IMG/VR virus record: IMGVR_UViG_3300010399_000031
Location: 179,404-243,403 of that record
Length of the DNA: 64,000 nucleotides
Strand: one strand, 5' to 3'
The notes beneath the pieces are model-generated. The model did not search any database. It was given only the letters and a program-made list of their open reading frames with translations, and was not told where the DNA came from. Of the stretch, positions 26,325 through 35,831 are shown in pieces (position 1 is the stretch's first letter; every line of letters starts with the position of its first letter). A program made the translations under genes and the position numbers.

Positions 26325-28547
26325 TCACCAATTTGTCCACGACGGATGAACGGGTTCGTCGTACTCCAACTTTCCACTGAAGTCCGATTCATACCCCTCT
26401 ATTTCTGCGAAGTCTTCAATCCCTAAGAAAGCGCCTGCGAAGACTTCCCGACGATCACCATCCCCACTCGTTTCACTAAAGTCCTCCAACGCCAACATGT
26501 ATCCTTCTAGCGCGGCTTGCGGACCTAAGGAACCAGCACCCAAAATCTGTTCGACTTGATCCTTACTCCACTGCATGATGTCATGTGAGCGGGTCGAGAT
26601 ATTGGGTTGACCGTTCGTATCTAACTTAACGTTCCAGATATGAACGGCTGAGTCCTGACCATTGCGATCCGTGCGAGCTACGGCTTGCTCGTACTCATAC
26701 GAGCGAAACGGCACGTTCATCATGATCGTGCTATTGGCCATCACAAGTGGCACTGCCGTGGATAGTGACGCGAAGGTCGCGATGAGGGGGTTGATGTCGG
26801 GGTTCTTCTCAAACGAACCCACGTGAGCCGCCAACTCGTTGTTGGTTTTCCCGTAAACGAGAATCGGATGAAACCCTTGATCACGAAAGAACTTAGCTGC
26901 CGCATCTACTACAGGCACATAACTCGTAAAGAAAATCGTTTTCTTGAGTGAGTGCTCGATAATTTGTGCGGGCGACATTGGAACCATGACCTCATGACCG
27001 TCTTTCTTGACTTCCTCGAACCACTTGCCCTTGAGCATATCTTCATGGCATTTCACCCTGTCTTGGCCCAGTACTTTACCCAAAGCCTCACCTTGGACTT
27101 TGAGCATGTAGTACTTCACGATGGATCGCACTTCTTTGAAGTTATCTCGCAACTCCTTAGGTAGCACCGGCATAATCACGGTTTTTTCGTAATGATTGCA
27201 ATAAGCACTCATCTCACGCATGGTGCGAGGATCAAAACCCTTGCGAATCTGTGCGATGTAGTGTTTATACAACTCGAAGGCTTTACGCTTATCATCCGAG
27301 GTGTGACCTGTCACCACTGTGACTAATCCAGCCGCAACCGATTGCTTAGGCAGATAGACGCGTTCAAAATACGCTAAGATGTCTTGATACATCTGGACAT
27401 AATTGCGCATGTTCTTTTGGTAGTAAGCCACACGCGCTTTGACGTACTCCACCATCCTATCTCGCACTGCATCAAGTGTGTAGTACTCGCCGTTGGCCAT
27501 CTCCACTTCGATGACATGGGTGTGGACTTCGGTTTTCACCACACTGCGTTTACTCACATGGAAGTGCACTTTCCCCATGCGGTGATGCAAGATGTCATTG
27601 GCGGTCGAGGAGGACTTACCGTAGATTGTTTGGAAACGCTTTTGCGCATCTTCATCAAAGAACGGATCGATCGTGGAGAACAAGGGCGTGGCTTCCCGAC
27701 CCACGGCTTTAATCGGCGTACCCGAGGACCACACCACGTGTTGACTCTTGGTGTAGCGGCACAACTCACGAAAGAGTTCCGAGCGCAGCGATTCAAACTC
27801 GTTTAACCCGTGTGACTCATCAAGTGCCACCATCACACGAGAAGGTACACCAATCTGATGCAAGTGATGCAACAGGGTTTCAAGCGCATCGAAGTGACAG
27901 ATGAGGTACTTATCTTGTCGGGTAGGGGCGCGATCCATGAGCGAGTGCCAGTAATGCGGCACTTTGTGAAAGCGCTCCTCGTACGTTTGCATCCAGACGC
28001 GCTCGACCGCGTTTTTCGGGCACACGGTAATTAAGACTTCAACCCCCAGGCACAAGGACAAACCAATGCACATAAGGGTCTTACCCGTACCGGGGTCAGC
28101 CCCGAGTAGGTAACCTTTGAGTTGATACTTCGGGACGACCTCGTTGTAGATACCAAAAAACTGCATCTGGTGATCTTGCATCGTGACGTTAAGCTCGGAG
28201 AGGTGTCCGTAGTTCAGAATGTCAGGATGCTGCTCTTGGGTGCTTTTTAACCACGTATTTTGAAAGAGCAATTCCAGCGTTCTTTTCAACGCCCGGATGT
28301 TGTGTCCTTTGTGGTCTTCGTCGACGATACGTTGCAAGATGTACGCCACATCGACTGCAAAAAAGCGGTTAAAGACCACTTCGCTGTTGCTGATATGCGT
28401 GAATACATTATCAGCAATCTTGCGAGTATTCCAAATTTCGTAGATGGAGCGCTGGACGGTGTCGCCTGGCAGCCCCGAGATGGTGATCAGGTCTCCTGAT
28501 TCTCGCACTGAGATGAGTCCGATCAACCGTCGCAGGCTCGAAAACAT
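26325..28547 (-). CDS. superfamily 2 (SNF2/DEAD-like) helicase
   Basis: Walker A DPGTGKT, DESH, SGTP, QAVARTDRNGQ; start 28547 has SD GAGGT. Confidence 0.9.
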   Translation of the reverse strand: MFSSLRRLIGLISVRESGDLITISGLPGDTVQRSIYEIWNTRKIADNVFTHISNSEVVFNRFFAVDVAYILQRIVDEDHKGHNIRALKRTLELLFQNTWLKSTQEQHPDILNYGHLSELNVTMQDHQMQFFGIYNEVVPKYQLKGYLLGADPGTGKTLMCIGLSLCLGVEVLITVCPKNAVERVWMQTYEERFHKVPHYWHSLMDRAPTRQDKYLICHFDALETLLHHLHQIGVPSRVMVALDESHGLNEFESLRSELFRELCRYTKSQHVVWSSGTPIKAVGREATPLFSTIDPFFDEDAQKRFQTIYGKSSSTANDILHHRMGKVHFHVSKRSVVKTEVHTHVIEVEMANGEYYTLDAVRDRMVEYVKARVAYYQKNMRNYVQMYQDILAYFERVYLPKQSVAAGLVTVVTGHTSDDKRKAFELYKHYIAQIRKGFDPRTMREMSAYCNHYEKTVIMPVLPKELRDNFKEVRSIVKYYMLKVQGEALGKVLGQDRVKCHEDMLKGKWFEEVKKDGHEVMVPMSPAQIIEHSLKKTIFFTSYVPVVDAAAKFFRDQGFHPILVYGKTNNELAAHVGSFEKNPDINPLIATFASLSTAVPLVMANSTIMMNVPFRSYEYEQAVARTDRNGQDSAVHIWNVKLDTNGQPNISTRSHDIMQWSKDQVEQILGAGSLGPQAALEGYMLALEDFSETSGDGDRREVFAGAFLGIEDFAEIEGYESDFSGKLEYDEPVHPSWTNW

Positions 28548-28593
28548 AGAGACCTCGTTAGCTGGTAGAGTATTGATAGCACAAGATTTCGCA

Positions 28594-28632
28594 AATAAAA
28601 AGGCTAGAGGCGGGCTTACCCGTCCTCTAGCC
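28594..28632 (-). terminator. intrinsic terminator
   Basis: on the - strand: GGCTAGAGG...CCTCTAGCC followed by TTTTTATTT. Confidence 0.75.
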
Positions 28633-28878
28633 AAATATGTCATCATTTCTGAGAAGAATAAACATGGTGGACGATAGTTGGATTTTCACCACCGGCCCTT
28701 TAACCGAATGCGGCTATGCCCAAACCGGGTAGGCGTGCTATTCGGTCCCAATGCCGCGCACACTGGCTCGCTGATCGTCCGTTGATCACGATTTCATGAG
28801 GACTTGCCGAGCAACCTGCGATTCCAGATCTCCGGCGTCAGCAGTCCCCGACCGACCGGGAACGGTTTCGGTAACTTG

Positions 28879-29229
28879 TCAGTCATTGATGATCTCCGTC
28901 AGCGTCTGAATCCACTCGTCGTAGACTCCACTATCGAGTGGAGGTGTATCTTCCCGATTGCGCTTCTGTTCAAAACGGAACTTTAGAATCGCCGCAAGCG
29001 CTGCATCTGTGATGCCGAACGGACAAATAACATCTCCGTTGAACCAGCGCTTGAAATCCATCGACATGATGGACTGATGGTTCGGATGAACCGTTTCGAT
29101 GATGACGCGCTCACCGGGCTCCAACACCATCTCTCCGCCATTCACGTTCACCTTTAGAATGGTGGAAACACGAATGTCATCTTCTTCGTAGATAACCTTC
29201 TCGTTGGGTTTCTCGTCGATGGCACTCAT
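28879..29229 (-). CDS. hypothetical protein, possible divergent Tad1 paralogue
   Basis: 'DFKRW..GITDAALAAILKFRF' echoes 'FFQDG..GLTTEALLVIAIHR' of the neighbour; ATGA overlap. Confidence 0.6.
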   Translation of the reverse strand: MSAIDEKPNEKVIYEEDDIRVSTILKVNVNGGEMVLEPGERVIIETVHPNHQSIMSMDFKRWFNGDVICPFGITDAALAAILKFRFEQKRNREDTPPLDSGVYDEWIQTLTEIIND

Positions 29230-29672
29230 GGTTTCAGGTGTCCTTCCACCCCGCGTGCTTTGCGCTTTTCCGTACGGGTGTTGAACCAATCGAGAGCTTT
29301 TTTCATGTGGAGAATCGCCAGTTCATTCTCTTCACACGGGAACTTGCTGTTCAGCGTCGAGGTGCGGTGGATAGCAATCACCAGCAGTGCCTCGGTGGTC
29401 AAACCCGTAACGCCTTCTTCCGGAATCGGACCATCTTGGAAGAACACCCAGCGTTTTTCTTTCTCCCCGTTCTTGTTGACCCAGCGCACTTCGTAGTAAT
29501 GGCCCAGTGCAAACGTGTCATCGTTAAGCCCGGTCATCTCGTAGACTTCCAGACCCGAGTCGTTACTGTAGACGGGCGTCTCGTTGTAAGTGAAAATGGG
29601 TGGTGAACCATTTTTCCACGTCTCGGAAATTGGGGCGTACCACGGATTGATATTAAATTTGACTTCAGCCAT
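29226..29672 (-). CDS. tad1: Tad1-like (Acb2/Tad1 family) anti-defence signal sponge
   Basis: H.Y.V..FQDGP..GVTG.T.EALL.I..HR..FPC.EN.LA..H...AL.W...RT..R..RGVEG pattern of Tad1 proteins. Confidence 0.75.
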   Translation of the reverse strand: MAEVKFNINPWYAPISETWKNGSPPIFTYNETPVYSNDSGLEVYEMTGLNDDTFALGHYYEVRWVNKNGEKEKRWVFFQDGPIPEEGVTGLTTEALLVIAIHRTSTLNSKFPCEENELAILHMKKALDWFNTRTEKRKARGVEGHLKP

Positions 29673-29688
29673 TTATTCTTCTCCTTAC

Positions 29689-31257
29689 TTAGTGCGCCAT
29701 TTCCGCCATCTGGAAATCATTGGGTACGCCATCCCAGAAGGGGAATTCTTCCCCTGATCCTACCGGTCCACCACCGACTTTCTTCAGTGAACTATCCGGT
29801 CCATTGATGTCGGGTCGCAACCCGCCGATCTTGTGCAACTCCAGAACAAGGTATTTATCGACCTCATCCATCACGGGCATCCCACGGTGTTTGCCACGCA
29901 TGATAGTGAGGAACGAGCGGCCATTCATCTTCTCGATGTGGATGTACAACTCCCCATCGACTTCCTGAGATAGACGCTTACATCCATCCCAGTAATTCTT
30001 CTCGGCAATGTCGCGGACAAAGTCCACGGCCCCCTCCCGTATCTTACCCATGGCCTCTGAGGAAAGCTGATGCGGGGTGATAAGCAAAATCTTGCGAGGA
30101 GTGCAAAAGTTCTTCATCCGACGGAACAAGTCCCGGATATCATCTCCAATGGAGCCTTGCGCCAATCCCTTCTTATTGATCAGTGCCAGGTAGTCCAAGA
30201 ATAAGCAATGGATTTCAAAGCCTTCAGCTTCAAACTCCATGCACTTGTTGATGATGTTCTGGTAATTCCACTGCGTGGGGTCAACGTACATCACGCGTAG
30301 TTTGTAGCCGGACGCTTGCAGACGTGTGGTCACATACTGCGCGATGTCTTCGGCTGATCTGGACTTCATGTGCTCCTTGGTGCACTTCAGTCCCGTTTCG
30401 TTTTCATACAGGTGTTCGTAGATAAAGCGCATATTCTGCTCCGCTGTATCTTCGAACGTGATGCGCAAAATCATGGGTCGCTTAGTGGCGTCCAACATGT
30501 GCGGCACATTGTAAAGTGGGATTGTGTCAAAAATTGACAGGTTCATCCCAGTCTTGTACTTGTGCTGAAGGGCCCCGATGACCCATTCCTCTCCCCGGCG
30601 AAAGCCGCCTTGCAGCATTCGGTTTATACCCTGGTAGCCCGTTTTCATGACACCGAAACCCATGTCCATTTCTTTGACGTTTTCAAACGCCTTGGCCACG
30701 GAGTCGATATTGCCAAAGTCCACATCTGAGACGATGGCAGGATCACGGAGAATAGCGTCGACCTGAAACGGTTCCAGCTTGGTCATAGCCTCCGAGATAA
30801 ACTTACCCAGATCAGGGATCGAGTCGGGGCGGAACATGAAGGTGGAAGAAATATCCCGGATGATCTGTCCTAACTCCACCCGTCGGAAATGATCGTGAAT
30901 CTGCTTTTTTTTGGTGAGAATGAGTTTCTTTAGCTTCGATTGAGGGATCTCGCTACCGATACCTTTCTCGAATGCCTGAAATAGATCGGTGTCGTCCTTG
31001 GTATCGACCTTCAGGCGAACTAATAAGTCCTCTGCTTCGTACTCGGTAGTAAATGGTTGATCGCACATCCAAACAGCGGTGTTTTTCAGTGCTTGCAGGA
31101 TTTCTCGACTATGGTCAAGACCGATCGAGACTTCGGGCAACTTTGCTTCCAGAATAATCCGGCGCACCAAATTCGACGAATTCTCGCTTTTGGTGTCGAG
31201 CTGACTTTCCAGATACAAAAGTGTGATCCCGGTGGTCAACAGCAACTTGTGGTCCAT
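29689..31257 (-). CDS. dnaB: DnaB-like replicative helicase (phiKZ gp118-like)
   Basis: TGYQGINRMLQGGFRRGE, ALQHKYKT, LDYL, TPHQLS, RGKHR; divergent from the capsid gene as in phiKZ. Confidence 0.9.
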   Translation of the reverse strand: MDHKLLLTTGITLLYLESQLDTKSENSSNLVRRIILEAKLPEVSIGLDHSREILQALKNTAVWMCDQPFTTEYEAEDLLVRLKVDTKDDTDLFQAFEKGIGSEIPQSKLKKLILTKKKQIHDHFRRVELGQIIRDISSTFMFRPDSIPDLGKFISEAMTKLEPFQVDAILRDPAIVSDVDFGNIDSVAKAFENVKEMDMGFGVMKTGYQGINRMLQGGFRRGEEWVIGALQHKYKTGMNLSIFDTIPLYNVPHMLDATKRPMILRITFEDTAEQNMRFIYEHLYENETGLKCTKEHMKSRSAEDIAQYVTTRLQASGYKLRVMYVDPTQWNYQNIINKCMEFEAEGFEIHCLFLDYLALINKKGLAQGSIGDDIRDLFRRMKNFCTPRKILLITPHQLSSEAMGKIREGAVDFVRDIAEKNYWDGCKRLSQEVDGELYIHIEKMNGRSFLTIMRGKHRGMPVMDEVDKYLVLELHKIGGLRPDINGPDSSLKKVGGGPVGSGEEFPFWDGVPNDFQMAEMAH

Positions 31258-31371
31258 TATTAGTGCATTTCTATGAGTAACGAATTCGGTTGCGGGAATC
31301 TCTTTCATAGAGATCGACGCCGCGCGTATTTTTAGTCAACAAAACTTTTCTGACCCTTTCAGGAGTGTCTT

Positions 31372-31968
31372 GTGAACGAAGCCAAAAGAGTCATCCTGAT
31401 CCCGCATTGGGTTCATGAGACACTGACCCGCCATCAACTGCCAATCAGTGAAGCTTTGAATTTCAACACGTTGCATCGCCTCGTGTCGGCGAACGATTTG
31501 GCAGGTTTCATTTTGCTTAATCGCTACGCACACCATACTGGTATCGAAGAGCGCAAACCGGGTGCTCAGAGTGCTGACATCATGGGTGGCGTTTTTATAA
31601 ATTGCGCCAACCTCGAACGAGACCACGAGCAATACCTCTTTGATGTTGTATATCCTTTGACGAATATGCAACAATTCCAGGAAGAGTTGGTCGATCGGCT
31701 TTTCTCCCCCGATGCTCGCAGTAGTAATGGCGGTGGCGGTATCTACGAAAAACCCTTCAATATCTATGACCTATCCCCTGAATACCAGGGCGTTGTCATT
31801 TATCCCGGATTTTTTACCGGGGAAGCAGGATCCGAACACCATGAGTTTAATCTGGTGGAGGAAGTTGTAAAAGCATTGTATGTGTACGCTCCTTTACACG
31901 AGGTTGCAAGCACGGCTGTGTTTCTTCGATATCTCGGCCTGTTGTCCAAGAAACGGATTATGGTCTGA
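31372..31968 (+). CDS. conserved phiKZ-like protein preceding the capsid gene
   Basis: position between DnaB and the capsid gene; SD AGGAG. Confidence 0.65.
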   Translation: MNEAKRVILIPHWVHETLTRHQLPISEALNFNTLHRLVSANDLAGFILLNRYAHHTGIEERKPGAQSADIMGGVFINCANLERDHEQYLFDVVYPLTNMQQFQEELVDRLFSPDARSSNGGGGIYEKPFNIYDLSPEYQGVVIYPGFFTGEAGSEHHEFNLVEEVVKALYVYAPLHEVASTAVFLRYLGLLSKKRIMV

Positions 31969-32015
31969 GGTTCACACCCCAGAAGCATTTTCTAAAACGC
32001 ACCAATGAGGTAATA

Positions 32016-34274
32016 ATGTCTGCTCTGACCCTTTTCCGGCATAAGGCCCCGAAAGCAACGCCGTCCGCAACCGCATTGGACGATTTCGCCCAGCAACTGC
32101 GTCAACACATCGACGGCGCTGGTGCAACGTTCAAAGATCCCTCGCTTGGCGCGGCTGCTGTTGCGATGGAGAACTTCAACGAAGACGTCGCGGGTCGCAT
32201 GACCGACACGCTGCAAGAGTTGAATGTCGCGCTCGAATCGGTGCTGCAAAACATCGGCATGCCGCTCGCTTCGGCAAACGACAAAGAAGATCCGTATCAC
32301 AAGTTTGGCGTTACCAAGACGCAGATGGAGTCCGCTATCGCTGCCGGCATCATGGCCTCGAACGTGGAAGCCGCGCTCGGCGCAACATATGCGGCCGAAT
32401 CGATGCGTGTTCAGCCGGACACGGCGTTCCGCACGACGAAGGTGATGGATGTGTTCGCGCCGGACCAAGTCTCGCCGGACAAGCGTCTTGCGCTCGAAGC
32501 GTACGACGAGAAGGACAACAAGAACGCGATGGTGTATTCGGTCGCGTACAACATGCAAGCGGCCAAGCAAGACGCGTTTGCTGAAATGTTCTTCCCGACG
32601 GTCGTCGTCACGCCCGATCAGGTTGGCTTCACGATGTCGATCCGCCTGATCAACGTGTACAACGAAGTGCGCCGCGACATCTCGGGCAAGCCCAGTCAGA
32701 ATTTCAACAAGCGCAACATCGTCCAGGCCGTGATCGACCCGACGATTCTGCGCAACGACACGACCCGTATGTACCCGGTCGTGCGTCCGGAAAGCACCGC
32801 CATGTTCGTTTCGTCGGGCGACGTCGCTCCGCGCAACATCACGCTGGATGACGGACAGGTCATCACGACTGCGCCGTTGGCGATGCAAACGGAACTCTCG
32901 CTGATCGCGATTTCGCAGACCGATGCCCTGCTTCAGACCGGCATCATGGATTCGACCGATGCGATCGATACGGCAATCGGCCTGGACAACCTGTACTTGA
33001 AACTCTCGGGTACGGTCAGCGGTACACCCACGACCGAAGTCGTGAAGTTCTCCACGCGGCGTCTGCCCCTTGCGACGTTCAACTACGCTCCGCAAGGCAA
33101 CTACCGCACGATGCTGCTGAACTTCAGCACGACGAGCCTGCTCGTAAACGGCACGACGACGAAGGTCGACGGCTCGACTTCGCAGCTGCTCACGTTGCTC
33201 CAATCGGGCAACTACAACGTGCGACTGGGTGTGTACGTCTCGGGTCAGGTGAACTGCGAACTGGGTGACACCAACATCATGGCGTCGAAGGTTTCGGTGC
33301 AATCGGTGCGCAATGCCGCCGGAGAAGCGCTCGATCTGACGACGGGCGACGGTGCAACGATCGTTGCTCTGTTTGCCAACGCCACGATGATCGGTTACGA
33401 TCTCGAAGCGCGCCGTACGAACAGCAACCGCCGTGAACGCGGTCAGTTGCTCGACACGACGTTCTACAACCAAGTGTACGCAGTGCCGCTGCGGGCTCCG
33501 ATCACGATTCCGCGTCCGCTCACGATCGGCGATGCCAACGATTCGAGCGATCTTGCCGCTCTGATCACGGCAACGCACGTGCGTACGACGAACGCGGCGA
33601 TCGACGAGCTGCTTAATGCAGCGAACGTACTTGAAGCATACGTCTCGAATCTCGACCCGCTCGGTACGATTCCGGACGTGCTCGGTGTGACGCGTTTCCT
33701 CGTGACGCCGTTCTTCGAGCGCAAGACGATCGACGTGGCTGCGGTCATCAACAACCTGACGTCGCAAAATCGTCCGGCGGATCTGTCGGCTGTGATCGTG
33801 AACTACCTGCGCGACACGGTCTACCGCATGTACACGGCGTCGGGCTACAAGGCTGCGGCTGACGCGCTCGCTGGCGGTATCGGTCCGGTTCCGACGGTCA
33901 TCATCGGTACGGATCCGACGATCGCACGCTACATCAATGTGGAAGGCGATCTGCGCACGCTCGGCGGCTCGTTCAACGTGCGTGTTGAGTCGACGCTGAA
34001 CACGAACATGGCTGGTAAGATCGTCGTGTCGTTCGGCGAATTCGGTACGGGCAAGGAAGGTGTGCCCAACCCGATGCACTTCGGTAATATGGCGTGGAAG
34101 CCGGAACTCACGCTCGTGCTGCCGCTGCACCGCAACGGCGCAAACAGCAAGGAACTCACGGTTCAGCCGTCGTTCCTGCACGTCGTGAACCTGCCGGTGA
34201 TGGCCATGTTCGACGTCGTGAACTTGTCGGCCGCTGCGACCGACAAGATCGCTATCGACTTCCACAACGTCTGA
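32016..34274 (+). CDS. major capsid protein precursor (phiKZ gp120-like)
   Basis: 752 aa; 'ALEAYD' maturation site, 'QDAFAEMFFPTVV', 'TNSNRRERG'; extreme codon bias. Confidence 0.93.
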   Translation: MSALTLFRHKAPKATPSATALDDFAQQLRQHIDGAGATFKDPSLGAAAVAMENFNEDVAGRMTDTLQELNVALESVLQNIGMPLASANDKEDPYHKFGVTKTQMESAIAAGIMASNVEAALGATYAAESMRVQPDTAFRTTKVMDVFAPDQVSPDKRLALEAYDEKDNKNAMVYSVAYNMQAAKQDAFAEMFFPTVVVTPDQVGFTMSIRLINVYNEVRRDISGKPSQNFNKRNIVQAVIDPTILRNDTTRMYPVVRPESTAMFVSSGDVAPRNITLDDGQVITTAPLAMQTELSLIAISQTDALLQTGIMDSTDAIDTAIGLDNLYLKLSGTVSGTPTTEVVKFSTRRLPLATFNYAPQGNYRTMLLNFSTTSLLVNGTTTKVDGSTSQLLTLLQSGNYNVRLGVYVSGQVNCELGDTNIMASKVSVQSVRNAAGEALDLTTGDGATIVALFANATMIGYDLEARRTNSNRRERGQLLDTTFYNQVYAVPLRAPITIPRPLTIGDANDSSDLAALITATHVRTTNAAIDELLNAANVLEAYVSNLDPLGTIPDVLGVTRFLVTPFFERKTIDVAAVINNLTSQNRPADLSAVIVNYLRDTVYRMYTASGYKAAADALAGGIGPVPTVIIGTDPTIARYINVEGDLRTLGGSFNVRVESTLNTNMAGKIVVSFGEFGTGKEGVPNPMHFGNMAWKPELTLVLPLHRNGANSKELTVQPSFLHVVNLPVMAMFDVVNLSAAATDKIAIDFHNV

Positions 34275-34281
34275 ACGCAGG

Positions 34282-34398
34282 GCATGGTGAACGTGCATGA
34301 CCTCAATGGCTTCACGCCATACTCGGGGTGACGCTTGGAGTTGAGGTCGTCAGAAGTAAGTAGAGTTTAAGCTTCTGACGCGTTCACCCGAGCCATGC
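34282..34398 (+). ncRNA. structured three-way-junction RNA in the capsid 3' region
   Basis: GGTGAACG/CGTTCACC, TGACCTCAA/TTGAGGTCG, GTCAGAAG/CTTCTGAC, GCATGG/CCATGC. Confidence 0.55.
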
Positions 34399-34463
34399 AG
34401 TGCCGAGCCTAGCGTTTAAGACAGCGTGTTGCGCTGTACGTGAAGTGATCCTCAGCTGTACCT

Positions 34464-34504
34464 GCCCTGCCCCCGGTCACAAGCTGGGGCAGGGCTTTAT
34501 GCCC
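34464..34504 (+). terminator. hairpin + TTTATGCCC ending the capsid unit
   Basis: GCCCTGCCCC...GGGGCAGGGC. Confidence 0.8.
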
Positions 34505-34598
34505 TTAGTCGACTGAAAATATTTGAAAATATATATCATCTTTAAGACGAAAGTAACCGATCGTCTTCAGTTAAGGTCGCAATGTAAGAGAGTGGTCT

Positions 34599-35753
34599 AT
34601 GACTTCTTCCGCTCAAATTGAGGTACCATCGGTCTTTGGTGAACCCGTCATCACTGGCGATGGTGTATTTAAAACAAGTAAGCAAAAGAAGTATGTCGAG
34701 GTGAGGACAGCGGCGCTGAACTTCACCTCTCAGGATCTGTCCATAGCCTATCGGAACGGGCTAAAGTTTAACCTACCTAGGCAATGGGATCCAGATCACC
34801 AAGGGCAGCTCATCATCCGAACCGACATTTTGCTAAGTCAATTAGTAGAAATTAACGTCGACCATCTATTAAGTGTGGTGGAAGAGCATTGTACACCGGA
34901 AATGAGACTGGTGCGAACAGCCATCGGTCCTCAGGGTGAAACGAACGTTTATAGGAGACCATTCGAGGCACAGACCATCACGATTGACTACTCGATCTCG
35001 ATTCCGGAGTTACGGAATTATGGGGGGAGTGTGTATTTTCACGATGTGGATTTAATGGTAAGTCAATTACCAATTCATCGTGCGCCTGAACATCCGTTCT
35101 CGGAGCAAGGCATGTTGAAAGCGCAATGCGTGGACCTACACCGACAAACCGGAGGTCGCTTTGGTTTCTCCATTGAAATCGTCGATAACCAAGGTGCGAT
35201 TGGTGATCGATACATCAATCTTGGTGGTCATATTTCACGCATTAGTGCAATAACCAACTATCGAAAGATGGATGGGGTGTACGTTAGTTGGAATCACTCG
35301 GTCTGCGGGAAGCTTGACTTACCCGACACGCAGGTACGATGTTATCCATTCGAGGAAGCTGATTTGGAGTTTAAGTTGTTCCGGACGTACCACGAAGCCG
35401 AGCGCTTTGGTAACGGGGATGACGTCAGGAAGAAGGAAATCGCAGACATCGAGCATGATACCGCTGTGCTCAAGGCGAAGATGCAGGCTGAGAAAGTCGA
35501 GGTCGATCGAAAGAATCTAGAACTCGACTCCGCTTTGAAGTCGCTTACACATCAGTACGAGATGCTTAAGACTGAGCGCGATGAGTTGATGGGTCGCCAA
35601 TCCCACACTTTGGAGATCGAAAAGCAAAAACTAAGAGATTATTACGAGTCTAGATCATACGAGCGCAAAGATCGCAATGAGGTGGTCAAGTTTTTACCCA
35701 GTGTGATCATGGGTATAGGTGCTCTAGTACTCGCAGTTCGTGCGTTCTTTTGA
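34599..35753 (+). CDS. conserved phiKZ-like protein (gp122-like) with C-terminal coiled coil and hydrophobic tail
   Basis: synteny between capsid and RNAP genes; 'YYESRSYERKD..E..KFLP'. Confidence 0.7.
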   Translation: MTSSAQIEVPSVFGEPVITGDGVFKTSKQKKYVEVRTAALNFTSQDLSIAYRNGLKFNLPRQWDPDHQGQLIIRTDILLSQLVEINVDHLLSVVEEHCTPEMRLVRTAIGPQGETNVYRRPFEAQTITIDYSISIPELRNYGGSVYFHDVDLMVSQLPIHRAPEHPFSEQGMLKAQCVDLHRQTGGRFGFSIEIVDNQGAIGDRYINLGGHISRISAITNYRKMDGVYVSWNHSVCGKLDLPDTQVRCYPFEEADLEFKLFRTYHEAERFGNGDDVRKKEIADIEHDTAVLKAKMQAEKVEVDRKNLELDSALKSLTHQYEMLKTERDELMGRQSHTLEIEKQKLRDYYESRSYERKDRNEVVKFLPSVIMGIGALVLAVRAFF

Positions 35754-35831
35754 TAACTGGACGGAATCAACCTAAGAAGGGTTTCGTTCAAATCACCCGA
35801 TGGAGAGTTTAAAATCGACTCCTCTCTTAGC

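Noticed and set aside
28548-28646. N-terminal extension of the helicase in the ORF track
   Set aside because: It spans a terminator; the ATG at 28547 has an SD.
31992-34298. 768-aa antisense ORF over the capsid gene (similarly 2518-3336, 18943-19404, 23885-25033)
   Set aside because: Shadow ORFs produced by strong codon bias on the coding strand; no protein motifs.
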